From Octopus sinensis (lineage: Eukaryota): a DNA stretch of 64,000 nt. Under the pieces are notes generated by a model. It was not told where the DNA came from. It worked only from the letters and a program-made list of their open reading frames with translations, and did no database searches. Positions 38,391 to 51,540 of this stretch are shown in pieces. The position numbers were made by a program, and so were the translations under genes. Position 1 is the stretch's first letter. The number at the start of each line of letters is the position of its first letter. The stretch spans positions 103,788,001 to 103,852,000 of the forward strand of contig NC_043002.1 of the NCBI RefSeq assembly GCF_006345805.1, given 5' to 3'.

Positions 38391-38947
38391 TTGAGTGAGA
38401 GAGCAGTTCATGCCATCAAAGTGACACTGGGGTAAAATATACGAAGCCCAATATACCCATCATGACTACCCGTCTGATAAAGGTACACCAGGCACATGCA
38501 TCACAACCATATGTGCGCGACATGGTGATCTCATATCAAGAAACAGCACATGACCTTGCAGGTGGGCCCAGTTAGAATTTTCTTCAGGTTGAGTAGCCCA
38601 TCCCGCTCAAACGGTCCCTGAATAAGGGTTGTTTAAGGATGTTGAAAGAACCACCCATGTTTCCAGAGGTGAACTATTCAAACCCCAAAGAATCCCTCTC
38701 AACAACATGGCTATGATGCTCCCCCACTACTTCTGCTCGTGATCAGAGATGCACATATCGTCAGCCACTAAGGGACATGCTCAACTGGTTAAGGTCAAAC
38801 AACTGACAAGCAAATGTGTGGTATTGAGCAGAATATTTGCTGTAGCCCATCTTTTATACCAAGACAAAACAATGTACATGATAACACTCCAATCAGTTAA
38901 GATCAGAAGCCATGAGAGCCACTGCCTGGTACTTCATCAGGGCATTC
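38391..38947. mobile_element. ~550-bp (ATT)-flanked interspersed repeat, copy A
   Basis: Homologous to 39866-40406 (same orientation) and 58720-59260 (inverted). Confidence 0.85.
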
Positions 38948-38986
38948 ATTATTATTATTATTATTATTATATTATTATTATTATTA

Positions 38987-39039
<53 letters not shown>

Positions 39040-39136
39040 TATTATTCATTATTATATTATCATTATTATTATTATCATGTTTCTATATTATTATTATTAT
39101 TACTATTATTATTACTATTATTATTATTATTATTAC

Positions 39137-39190
<54 letters not shown>

Positions 39191-39282
39191 CATTATTATT
39201 ATTATCATTATTATTATTATATCATCATCATCATTATTATTATTATTACTATTATTATTACTATTATTATTATTATTATTAC

Positions 39283-39316
<34 letters not shown>

Positions 39317-39349
39317 TTATTTTTATTATTATCGTTGTTGTTGTCGTCG

Positions 39350-39389
<40 letters not shown>
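38948..39389. repeat. (ATT)n tract grading into (GTT)/(GTC)/(ATC)n
   Basis: Read directly from the sequence. Confidence 0.96.
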
Positions 39390-39848
39390 TACGTCTTCTG
39401 ATACTGTCCCCAAGAATCCAGCCTTAATTTGCTCTATGGTTACATTTTTCATTTTGCATTACCGGTTTGTTTCGTATTTAAGAGGGTTGTATGTAACTCT
39501 TCGACTTCCTTCTTGACTATTGGTGGGTCAAATGAACATGCAACCGGAAATATATAGCACATGTGGTTCTCCTTGGCCACCACCACTAGGTCAGGACTCT
39601 TATACTCCAACACCTGATCTGTTTGGTTTGGAAAATCCCAGCGGATTTTGCTAGATTCATAGTCCGCCACTCAAAGCATTTTCTGCGGCTTGTACTCATA
39701 CCACTTCTTTCCTCTCTTTAGCCCCAAATTTTCGTACAGTTTCCAGTGTAGCACCTTCGCTACCTGATCGTGTCGCCACAACTTGTAGTTTTGGGCAAAC
39801 CTTGGGCATTCGTTCGTGATATTGGTAATGGTCTCATCCACTCTATTC
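39390..39848 (-). mobile_element. R4/Dong-like LINE 3' fragment (zinc-knuckle remnant plus RLE)
   Basis: DETITNITNECPRFAQNYKLWRHDQVAKVLHWKL, WDF..TDQVLEYKSPDLVVV and GFLGT on the minus strand. The 3' end faces the microsatellite. Confidence 0.8.
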
Positions 39849-39865
39849 TATATTATTTTCATTAT

Positions 39866-40406
39866 TTAGTGAAAGAGCACTGGATGTCAAAATAAAGTGA
39901 CACTGGCGTAAAATATACGAAGCCAACTTTACCAATCATGACTACTCGTCTAATAAGGGTACACTGACCGCATGCATAACAACCTTATGTGTACGACATG
40001 TTGAACTGATATCAAGGTAAACAGCGCATGACCTTGCAGGTGACGCCCAGTTAGAGTTATTGTCAGGTCGAGTAACACATCCCGCGCAAAAATTACATGA
40101 ATAAGGATTGTTTAAGGATCCTGTATAAATCAGCCATGTTTCCAAAGGTGAATTATCCAAACCACAAAGAATTCCTCTCGGCACAATGCTATCATGCGCC
40201 CCCACTACTTCTGCTCGTGGTCAGAGATGCATATATCGTCAGCCACTAAGGGACATGCTCAACTGGTTATGGTCAAACAACTGACAAGCAAATCTGTGGT
40301 ATTGAGCAGAATATTTGCTGTAGCCAATCTTTTATACCAAGACAAAAAAATGTACATGATAACACTTCCAATCAGTTAAGATTAGAATCCATGAGAGCCA
40401 CTGCCT
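39866..40406. mobile_element. ~550-bp interspersed repeat, copy B
   Basis: Aligns end to end with copy A; the ORF track gives near-identical MHISSATKGHAQLV translations. Confidence 0.85.
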
Positions 40407-40409
40407 CGT

Positions 40410-41088
40410 CCTCTGTTATTAGGAATGTTTTAATACATTAATCAGCATGTTTGTAACAGTATGACTGAAAGCTTGAGGAGGGGAAGCAGCGATATATCTT
40501 CTGGTTATACAACACAAACATGTAAATGGATAGGGTTTTTCTATATGGGCAGTTCTTGTTAGTACAATCATTTGGATTTCTCTCAGGCATGGTTCTATTG
40601 ATATTCTTAGCTGGATGTTTCTGACATCCTCTTTTTATCATACCTAAGGCTCCTACAATGACAGGAATAGTTCTCGTTTTAAGATGCCACATCTTTTGTA
40701 TTTCATTTTCCAACGCCTTATACTTAGTTTGTCAAATTCCTTTACATGTATATTTTTATCTGTGGGAAAAGTTATATCTATAAATCTACAAATATTTTCT
40801 TCCCTGTCTTTAATAATTATGTCCGGTCGATTAACCTTGACTGTTTCTGTCAGTGTTGACTGGAAAATCCCAGGGGACAGTGGCATGTTTACATTCAACG
40901 ACTAGCGCAGAATGATGTTCATACGAGTAAGCAGGAGTACTGATTTTGTGACGTTTACATATTTTCCAGAGTAAATACTGTCCTAACATATCGTGCCGAT
41001 TTTTGTATTCGTTTGGTGTCAGCACATGATATCCTGAGATGAGATGGTCTATTATTTCGTCAAATGTGTCGCAGAATCTGCATTTATC
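40410..41088 (-). mobile_element. R4/Dong-like LINE 3' fragment (CCHC knuckle, RHD, PD..D endonuclease)
   Basis: DKCRFCDTFDEIIDHLISG, RHD, WDFPV.TDR, NRPDIII...IDITFPTDKN and IPVIVGALG, frameshifted. Confidence 0.88.
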
Positions 41089-41110
41089 ATAATCATCATC
41101 ATCATCATCA

Positions 41111-41153
<43 letters not shown>

Positions 41154-41164
41154 ATATATTTTCC

Positions 41165-41350
41165 AAAGCAGCGCGGCGAGAGAAGTGTTAGCACACTAGA
41201 CACAATGCTTAGCGGCATTTCGTCCGTTTTTCACGTACTGGGTTCAAATTCCATCATGTAAAACTTTGCATTTTATCCGTTCTCGTTCGATAAAATGAAA
41301 ACCAGTTGAGTTCTGGGGCTCATGCAAACAACTTAGTCCCCACCAAATTT
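41165..41350 (+). mobile_element. Degenerate SINE (GGCG..GAGCTGGCAGAA..GTTAGC family)
   Basis: GTTAGCACACTAGACACAATGCTTAGCGGCATTTCGTC...GGGTTCAAATTCC resembles the reverse complement of 44104-44322. Confidence 0.6.
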
Positions 41351-41683
41351 TAGTCCTCCTCAACATTTCTGGCTCCAGCGAAATATTGACTGCATTATTA
41401 TATATGGTTCTATTGCAGAGATTATGACTATTAAATAGTGTTCGTTTATTCCAACCACAAAGGAAAACCTGTTACAGGTTTAAACGATCAGTGCTCTCTA
41501 CTAAGGAGTCAGTGTGATTAATAAGCTACGGTCAGGTTACGGATCACTTCATGGATCATAGTAGTTAGAACTTCCTCCTCTGCGGTTTTGTAGCGCGGAG
41601 AGTAAAGAGAAATGCTTCAGGGTAAATAGAAAGGCTACAAAATGTCCTCAGTTGAGTACATAATCGATTTCAATACACACACA

Positions 41684-41736
<53 letters not shown>

Positions 41737-41737
41737 T

Positions 41738-41876
<139 letters not shown>

Positions 41877-42150
41877 ATATATGGAGCTCGATTGCAAACG
41901 CATCTGGATATACGTGCCTTGCGATTATATCTGCACGATATTTACGTAAACGTTTATACGTATAGAAATTATATTGTTCTCGTTAGAAAGAGAATACAGA
42001 AATAGTAACCATCTCTTTAAATATTTGCTAATTCGAATCGTCGACCACATTCAGAATACACTACACTGCACCAAACTATAATAGACAACACTATTTTTGC
42101 ATTGCTTAGGAATACATTCGCACATACACATGCACCGACATACATACACA

Positions 42151-42198
<48 letters not shown>

Positions 42199-42838
42199 AT
42201 ATATATGTATACATATATATATTTGTATACGTATTTGTATAGTTTAATGTTCTTAAATGTAGCGTTCTTTTAAATACAGTTTACAATACTTATAAATTAA
42301 CAGCATACTCAAGCAATATGACGTCAGCTACATATTTCTTTTCGGCTTCCTTTGAGCGTCCATTTTACAATGCATTAATTCCAAATGAACTAACAAAAAT
42401 GGCGGCTCTATTGATTCTGATGAATAATTCAGTAATATCCGTCGCAAAACAGCATGGGTAATATCTGAATAGTTTACAATTATTCTCTTTCATATTTCCG
42501 CCATTACTATTGGGATTTCTGCCATCTTAACCGATATCATATTTACATGTGACATAAATAATCTCGTTAGTTCTTTAAACATATCATACCTAAAAGGCAA
42601 ATCACAGTCGTGTCATATCAAATCAGATTTTTTTTATATTCTTTAGAACAGAGCTATCTCAGTAGACATATAACAATGTAATATTATAATTATTACATAA
42701 ATATAACATCACAAAATGTTATCATGCAGTACTTGCCTTTAACATAAGCATCATAATGTATACACACAAAAAAACATAACTGTATATATACACACATATA
42801 TATGTACATATGTGTATACACACATACACACACATATA

Positions 42839-42911
<73 letters not shown>

Positions 42912-44103
42912 ATATATATACATATATATATGTATATATATGTGTTCATGTATGTATGTATATATATATATATATATATGCATATATCCATACATTCCGT
43001 TGCACATAGATATTCACAATAAATACCGAATTCGTTTTCATTAATTATTCAAATCGTTGTGTTGCAGGAACATAAAACTGGTCGGGGAAATAACTACCAT
43101 TTGTTTGGCTCATTCTTTTACGTTCTGAATTCTATAACAGTGAGTGTCACTTTAACTATTCTGCTTTATGGAATCGATAAAATATATACTGGAATGGCAA
43201 TAATTCTTACTCCTTTTCAAACCTTTTTCTTTAGTCAATCAGATCGGATGCATATTATTCAATATACACCACCTACATGTCGTGAACTATCTGAAATACA
43301 TTTAGTATTAAACATTTCCCAAAATAGAAATAAGGACTATTTACATATTGTAACTGTTCCGTGTTCTGGCATTCCAATATATTAGCAAAGGCGAGAGGGT
43401 TGCTTTGCTGGTGAGTATTTCTCGCTTACACCTTTTGTAACTAGGAAAGGATTTATCGGTTCTTGAAGCTGTAGATAAAGTGAGCCTAAATCAAATAAGG
43501 AGATTATCGTAGGTGGTTCGCATTCGATCTTAGGTACTGCAGTCCTAATGGGACATAAATCTAATCAACAACAACAATAGCAAAGTACTAGTGTTTGGAA
43601 TCACTTTCGTACTATCGTGAAATACGTGCGGAACGAGGCGTGTTCCCATTCAATATATAATATTTCTGATAAGAAATAAGGAATTGTCAGAGAGAAAACA
43701 ATCTTGGTCGAATGTTTTCCGCATCAGAAATTATCTGGGATGAAGCAATAAAAGAATCAACACAAACAACAGCAACATCTACGAATTGAACTAGAGCCTT
43801 ACTTCAAAAACGAAAAAGACCTGGACGGGAAGAATACGCATCTGACCCTTCACTTTTGTCTCATACACTTCATAGTATTATATATTTTCTCCGGCTTTGG
43901 TTACAATTTTTACAAGAGGAGCTTTCCTAGGCACATTTATATGTTGTATCAATCTCGTTCGGGTATTGATAGATTGTTTTATAGAATATGTGCTCCGTAC
44001 AGAAGGTACTGAGTAGTTTCTGCTTAAGTAATGTAGGATAATTGTGCAAAATATATGCTATAATTATTGTCTTGGGCTTGTTACAATATCATTTCTACTA
44101 TAG

Positions 44104-44322
44104 GTCCAAGGCCTGAAATGTTGGGAGAAGGGACCAGTCTATTACATCGACCCCAGTACGCAAGTGGTACTTAATTTATCGATGCCGAGAGGACGAAAGG
44201 CAAAGTCGACCACGACGGAATTTTGAACTCAGAACGTAGCGACGGTCGAAATACCGTTTAGCATTTCGTCCAGCGCGCTAACGATTCTGCCAGCTCACCG
44301 ACTTTAGGCTTGTTATAATATT
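44104..44322 (-). mobile_element. SINE (GGTGAGCTGGCAGAATCGTTAGC... family)
   Basis: Minus strand reads GGTGAGCTGGCAGAATCGTTAGCGCGCTGGACGAAATGCT...GAGTTCAAAATTCCG (B-box-like). Fragments of the same family lie near 32130, 44490, 57730 and 57945. Confidence 0.75.
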
Positions 44323-45614
44323 GGCAGAAGATTGTGTTGAATGGGTGATGAGTTAGTTGAGGTGGATCTTTCCTAGTAGTTGTATTGTTCCTATGCTGTC
44401 TTTCTTGAGAGATTTTGTGCTCATGTTCGAGTTCTGGTGTGCTTAGTTAAAGCTATATTTTTGAAATTGAAATTTGTTTTCATCCGAAGTTGGTGAGCTG
44501 GCAGAATTGTTAGTGGGGGGACCAAAATATTTAACGGCATTTCTTCCAGGCTTTTACGTATAAAGTTTAAAATCCAACAAGGGTGATTCACCTTTCGAGA
44601 TCGATCAAATAAGCACCAATTGAACACAGGGATCAATGTTATCGACTTACCAAATTCTCTAAAACTGCTGAAACCGTTCCAAGATTTGGAATTATCATTA
44701 CTAATGCACCAATTATCGTTGCTATTTTTATATCCAAATCCGACATCTTGCCACTATCTATTTTGAGATCCTTCCATATTCATGGCAATCGCCTTTCATC
44801 CAGGCAATAATTTAATCGGAAAGCATTCAGGTGTCTATCCGAGCAAGTAGGGTTTCCTTCCTGCATTTCATTATGGATATCTGAACGGTTGTCTTTGATG
44901 TTCTTCGCTGTCTGGACTAGAATATTCCAAAATATCGGAGCCATGTAAATATTAGATATGCCGATTCGTGCAGGTATATACCATTTCCTTTCAATTCGCT
45001 TACAGACAAGCTGGCATTTAGCCTAATGCATTTAGCTATCTACCCACTCACGCGTCAATAAATTTTATTCTTGTATTTCATATATTTATAATATAATTAT
45101 TTTTACTAATATTATATTTGTTAATAATAATCTAAAAAAAAACTCTTCCACATCATCATCATTATAATTATTACTCCACGTACTATTATTATAGTTTATA
45201 TATAGCAACAGAAACCCACACGTGCACACACAGAGATACATAAACACATATGGACACACAGACACACACATATAGAGTCAATTTTTTATTGTTTTTTTTT
45301 TCTGTATAGGCTTTTGAAATTCGCTTTATAAATAAATAAAAATGTGATGAACAGGAAAATGTATGGTTATATCTACTAATAAAAAAAAAATACAATTCAA
45401 CGTACAAGTAGGAATATTATTGTTGGTGTTCTGCTACAGGTTGTGGTATTTTTATTTTTTTTCTTATTGATGGTGATACGTTTCTTCATTTATTAAAAAA
45501 AATGTGGGGGGGGGGGCAGAAAAGAATTCTCCCATTTCACGAGTTGGTAGGAGGGGAAAATAACTCACAATTTAAAAATATGAGACGGTGTGTGTTTATG
45601 TGTGTGTGTGTATC

Positions 45615-45651
<37 letters not shown>

Positions 45652-45667
45652 TACATATATTATACAT

Positions 45668-45715
<48 letters not shown>

Positions 45716-46032
45716 ATATTCATAAGTTATGTATACATACATATTATATATATATATAGTATACATATATGTATACATATATATATATATTATATATATA
45801 TGCATATATATACATACGAATGTAGGCGTATGTGTATGCATTATATAGATGTGTATGTATATAAGTGCATGTATGTATATTATATATACACACAAACAGT
45901 CATATATACATACCCATACAAAAACAGAAATAAGACTAATGCAAGGAGACGCAAAACAGAAAATGAGAGGGAGAATGAAAGAGGGAGTGAGCGAGAGATA
46001 CTCTGTGTGTGAGAAAAAGAGAGAGAGGGAAA

Positions 46033-46074
<42 letters not shown>

Positions 46075-46871
46075 TTTTACACAAACATGTTGTTCTGGTG
46101 TCTGTGAGTCGCTGTTCTTGCCATCTGGGAAGTAACAACCTGAATTACGTTACTAGAATTCTAAAGTGAACTTTAATAGAATTTCCACTTCGTATCTAAA
46201 AGAAAAAAATAATAATAATGCAGAAAGCAAATGGATAAATTAACAAAAATTCCTGTTGCAGTGTTGTAATGTAAACACATTTAACAGCCATATGGTAGAG
46301 AGTATTTTTCTACAAGGTGATTTATATGTCCAACATTAAACAAATAATGTCGGCAAAATGGTTATAATTGACTTCATTTATATTGATTTTTACAGTTGGA
46401 CTATCGATCAATTTTTGCTTTCTTCCGGAACTTTGATAAATCAGGGTTAGGCGGTTTTTATTTCTCTTCCATTTTGTAGTAATATTTTCGGAATGAGAGT
46501 AAAATTGCAGTTATTAAAAGTTTCTGTTTGTAACACTTTATGTCACGTGGTTGTTTATACGGAGGTGTAGCGCTGACATTATCCCTTCCTCTCTCAAATC
46601 TATCACTGCCCCTCTTTCACATTCCTTCAATCTGTCCTCACTTCCTCTCATCCTTTTTCTCACTCTTTCTCTCTGTCTTTCCCTTTCTCTTTCTCTCTTC
46701 CTCTCCCTCCCTCTCTCTCACACACCCTGCTTATACTTATAACTTTATGGTTGTAACTTTACATATATTTTTCTATGATAATGCTTGAAGCATTAATTAT
46801 GCATTAGGTTTGTTAAACTATTTGAACATATGTGTAACGATGTATACGTATATATATATATATATATATAT

Positions 46872-46907
<36 letters not shown>

Positions 46908-46947
46908 TATTCACCCTAAATATATATATATATATATATATGCATAT

Positions 46948-47151
46948 AGTTAATCCAAACAAGAAAACACAAAAAAACACAACAACGTGAGGACGTGGAA
47001 CAAATATAGTATTATTGGACGCTCGGGAAAGAGGGGAAGAAGGAGGGTTTAACGTTTCGAGCGGAGCTCTTCGTCGGAAACATAGGAGAAGGAAAAATCC
47101 AAAGAAGAGAAGACAGAGGAAAAAAAATCGCCAACGGTACACACGAGGTCA
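46948..47151 (-). mobile_element. PLE-type non-autonomous repeat (subfamily C)
   Basis: About 200 bp, the inverted homologue of 49845-50042, with its 3' end at (TA)n. Confidence 0.8.
47047..47081 (-). ncRNA. Minimal hammerhead variant (core CCGACGA)
   Basis: GTTT-CCGACGA-A-GAGC(TCC)GCTC-GAAA-CG-TT-AAAC, with all stems paired and palindromic ACGT. Confidence 0.6.
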
Positions 47152-47203
47152 GATTTTATATATATACATATAGTTATATACATAAGTAAATAAACACACA
47201 CAC

Positions 47204-47236
<33 letters not shown>

Positions 47237-47313
47237 CGTGTGTGTGTGTGTATGCATATATATATATATGTATATGTATATATTATATATATATATATAT
47301 ATAGTTATATATA

Positions 47314-47860
47314 TAGTTATAAATGCCTGTAGTTTGTAAGATTCGAGCAGTCCATGGTAGCTGTAAAAAATAACATCCTGGAACAATAATAGATTATTGT
47401 CGTCGAATGCTGTAGGTGTTTCCCATACTGAAGTCCAATAACCTGCAACTACAATTGCTATAAATGCAAATAAAATTCCAAATCGGGTGGGTGGTGCAGG
47501 TAAAATCCAGACTACATATGCTTCGTAGGTAGCCGATCCTCTGATGAAAACTTACGCAATGAGGGTTACTCAGCTAACTACCAATGAGGACGAAAATATT
47601 TTGATTTTATGAATGCTACATTTTCGCTGGAGAATCTTAGGTCAAATAATCGAAGATATGATTTGCAAGTTCCCATATTCTGCGAGTTAAACGGGGATCC
47701 AAAAACGGCAATGTAACCTTCATATGATTAAGATATCTTTGACATGATCAGTAGCTACTGAACACCCCTCGTTAGGATTATCACAGCAGATAAATGCTAA
47801 CTGAGAAACGCGTGTAGCATGGATTTTACTTGGTCCACACCCTCAATTTGAAGTTTATAC

Positions 47861-47891
<31 letters not shown>

Positions 47892-48466
47892 TATATATAT
47901 ATAATATATATATATATGTATAAACTTCAAATTGAGGGTGTGGATCAAGTAAAATCCATGCTACACGCGTTTCTCAGTTAGCATTTAATCTGCTGTGATA
48001 ATTCCTTAACGAGGGGTGTTCAGGTAGCTACTGATCATGTCAAAGATATCTTAATCATATGAAGGTTACATTGCCGTTTTTGGATCCCCGTTTAACTCGC
48101 AGAAGATGGGAACTTGCAAATCATATCTTCGATTATTTGACCTAAGATTCTCCAGCGAAAATGTAGCATTCATAAAATCAAAATATTTTCGTCCTCATTG
48201 GTAGTTAGCTGAGTAACCCTCATTGCGTAAGTTTTCATCAGAGGATCGGCTACCTACGAAGCATATGTAGTCTGGATTTTACCTGCACCACCCACCGATT
48301 TGGAATTTTATTTGCATTTATAGCAATTGTAGTTGCAGGTTATTGGACTTCAGTATGGGAAACACTACAGCATTCGACGACAATAATCTATTATTGTTCC
48401 AGGATGTTATTTTTTACAGCTACCATGGACTGCTCGAATCTTACAAACTACAGGCATTTATAACTA
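47314..48466. repeat. 1.15-kb near-perfect palindrome (arms 47314-47860 and 47918-48466, 57-bp AT-only spacer)
   Basis: The arms are reverse complements. By eye I count about 2 substitutions and about 6 one-base indels. Confidence 0.95.
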
Positions 48467-48689
48467 CGGAAATTAAAATTATATAATTATATATATATAT
48501 GGATATGTATAATATATATGTGTGTGTGTGCGTTTATATATATATATATATAATATATATAAATATATGTATATGTATATATTATTTATGTATGTATGTA
48601 TGTATATATATATATATATTATATATATATATATATGCATGTATGTATGTATGTATAGTTGAAATTTATAGAAAAGCAAATGACTGATC

Positions 48690-48810
48690 CGGTATATAAA
48701 CAACAAGCAAGTGTATTATTTTGACACTCGGGAAAAGGAAAAAGTCTTGTATGTTTCAAGCCTACGCTCATCAACAGAAAGAAATAAGAGAAAATAAACA
48801 GAGAGAGAAT
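48690..48810 (-). mobile_element. PLE-type non-autonomous repeat fragment (subfamily D)
   Basis: Homologous to 2696-2830. Confidence 0.6.
48746..48781 (-). ncRNA. Decayed minimal hammerhead variant (core CUGUUGA)
   Basis: CTTT-CTGTTGA-T-GAGC(GTAG)GCTT-GAAA-CA-TA-CAAG, with CpG-type transitions relative to the 2781 copy. Confidence 0.4.
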
Positions 48811-49844
48811 GAAAAACTCTTGTAGATTTCAATGGTCTAGCATACATCTTTTTATATTGCTAGTACATTGGTGAGATGTTGTGCAATGATTATCTTCTCT
48901 CCTACATCTAAAATGCACCTCTTCGGATGTTTCTTAAAACAAACCTTTCACATGATCCAACTGTCATTTCAATTTCCATGTGAATGCATGGGTGAAGCAG
49001 TTTAACATTGTTTTGTAGTCTACAGATAGTTACAATGGCAGATAAATATGCAATTACATTCGAAATACAAAATACGGAAATACAGAAATAAACAATAAAA
49101 CAGAGTCAATTTCACTATAAAGTGCAATTCACACATCATGGTCAAATTATTATCGAGAAGGCGCAAATAATGACCAATAATAACACCACTAATTATAACC
49201 ACAGACACTATAATGGAAAACTTAGAAACAGAAGAAATACTAGTTGCTACCGAGTATATAACTGTGGGGTACATATTTTAAAGTCAAGATCGCATTTCCC
49301 AAGAGAAACGAATGCTTTTCTAAGAACATAATCTACATATAAGCAGTTAAAATATTAGCAAATTGATTTCTATATATCGGTGAGATAGTTGATTGCTTCA
49401 AACATCGATATCGTAGCCCAATTGCATCTTTGAAAATCATTAATAATAGACACTGCGCGTCAGTCGCTAACTTCCTGGAAACTTGAGGAAAGAAAAATTC
49501 AATACATAACATAGATGTTAATATAAAATCCATGTCTTTCTAATATGTTGTCAAGATATTGTAATCTCTGTCCCGAGGAGGAGTTGTGGATTTTAATGTG
49601 TACAGAGAATCTTGTGAATAGGCACTCCGAAATAGATATAAGATACAACGATAGACTAAAATGCTCATTTTCGCAGATTTGTATAAACAATAACTACTAG
49701 GAACTCTATCGTCGATATATCTGCTTATTTTATTTCAATTTTTTCTTTCCTGTATTGTATGCATTTATCGGTGGGTTCAAACACAAGAGAGTTAAATGTA
49801 AGAGGCGTGTATTTATACACATATACACACACGCACACTCGTAT

Positions 49845-50042
49845 TGACCGCATGTGTACTGTTGGCGATCTTTTTCCCTCTGTCTTCCCTTCTCTGGATC
49901 TTTCCTTCTCCTATGTTTCCGACGAAGAGCTCCGCCCGAAACGTTAAACCCTCCTTCTTTCCTGAGCGTCCAATAATACTATATTTGTTCCACGTCCTCG
50001 CGTTGTTGTGTTTTCTCTTGTGTTTTCATGTTTGGATTAACT
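49845..50042 (+). mobile_element. PLE-type non-autonomous repeat (subfamily C)
   Basis: Homologue of 46948-47151, followed directly by (TA)n. Confidence 0.8.
49915..49949 (+). ncRNA. Minimal hammerhead variant (core CCGACGA)
   Basis: GTTT-CCGACGA-A-GAGC(TCC)GCCC-GAAA-CG-TT-AAAC, with one stem II mismatch. Confidence 0.55.
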
Positions 50043-50072
50043 TTATATTATATATATAATATATATTATATA

Positions 50073-50119
<47 letters not shown>

Positions 50120-50182
50120 TATATATATATCCCATATATATACATATATATATACACACTCATATAATATATTTATATACTT

Positions 50183-50214
<32 letters not shown>

Positions 50215-51019
50215 AATGTGTGTGTGTGTGTGATTGGGAGTGAGATTGATCATTTCTATATTTCCTCAAGCTGGGTGATGATCTTGAGATTCTGTGACCA
50301 CTCTCTCTCATCCATTTATATCTCTTGCTTGTTACCCTTATTCCCCTCCGTAATAATTCCCATACAATTATCCTTCACATGTAGTAATCCCAGTTCCATT
50401 TCCTATACAAATCTGTTGGTGTATTTCAAATATTTTCACGGATTCATTTACTGGCATTTCATTTTGGCATTCTTACGTGAAGCACAGCCCATATTTCAGA
50501 ATTTTTCTACTTTGCATATATTTTACCACATTATATATACATATAATACGACATTCATTAAACAGAATACATTACCGGGTATCTTGAGTATTGCACCTGC
50601 ACATACACGCACACACACACACAGAGACACACACACACACACACACAGGAGGGGCATTACAGTTAAAAGTCAATATCTTACTTTTGAAGGTTGCATTTTA
50701 TTCGTTATGCAGGTAAATAGCTGTTACCTTATTTTATCATCATTGGATGAGGTCATGGAAGGAAACTTGTATTAAATGTTTTTGAGTTCTTTTGTGTGAA
50801 AGAATAACGTTTCATTCTCCAAATGGCATAATACTCGTAGACAAAAATGGCACCGCGACAAGTAATTCGTTTGTCGCTAAACGAGTGTTAATGTATACAA
50901 ACTTACACGTGTAAGAGAAATAGAGAGATCCAAGCAAAGATGTAGACAGACAAACGGGCAGAAACAGTGTGGGAAAGGCCTTTCTATGAAGTTGCTAATT
51001 TTCTTCTCACGAGGAAAAT

Positions 51020-51176
51020 CGCATGGTTAACAATCTCTCTGCTCATTGGTGTGATTTGGTTTCAATCCCACAGTGTGGCAGTACGAAGATGTTTTTCTCC
51101 AATTGTATCCCCGTTCGACGAATATTTGTGAGAGGATGTGGTAGACTGAACACGCCCTCTTTATGTGTGTGTAGGT

Positions 51177-51208
<32 letters not shown>

Positions 51209-51540
51209 TTCACACTCCCACCAATTAGCAACTGCGGCTGATTTGTTTATCTACACAAAGCATTAAGACGATAGGATATTGTTGTAGAGATTTTCCATTG
51301 CCGTTTCTGCGAGATAGTACATCCATATAATTGATCTCTCATTGCTGATAGTACCTAACATAATTTCTACCTGGACTATAGACTTTGGGCAAAACGTCAA
51401 AGATATAACAAGGACCAGATTGAAAAACAAATACATAAATACCAGAGTCGATTTGTTTTCGACTGAGATACTTAAAGGCGGTGCTTCAGCATGGCCACAT
51501 TCAAATGAATGAAAGAAGTAAGACAAAAAGAAAAAAAGAA
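51020..51540 (+). mobile_element. Highly degenerate SINE (54763 family)
   Basis: Matches both the head region (GGTTTCAATCCCACAGTGTGGCA) and the tail (AAAGGCGGTGCTTCAGCATGGCCAC). Confidence 0.55.

Noticed and set aside
47541-47596. CTGATGA...TGAGGACGAAA in the palindrome arm
   Set aside because: The bases after the core cannot pair with GGAC, so there is no stem II.
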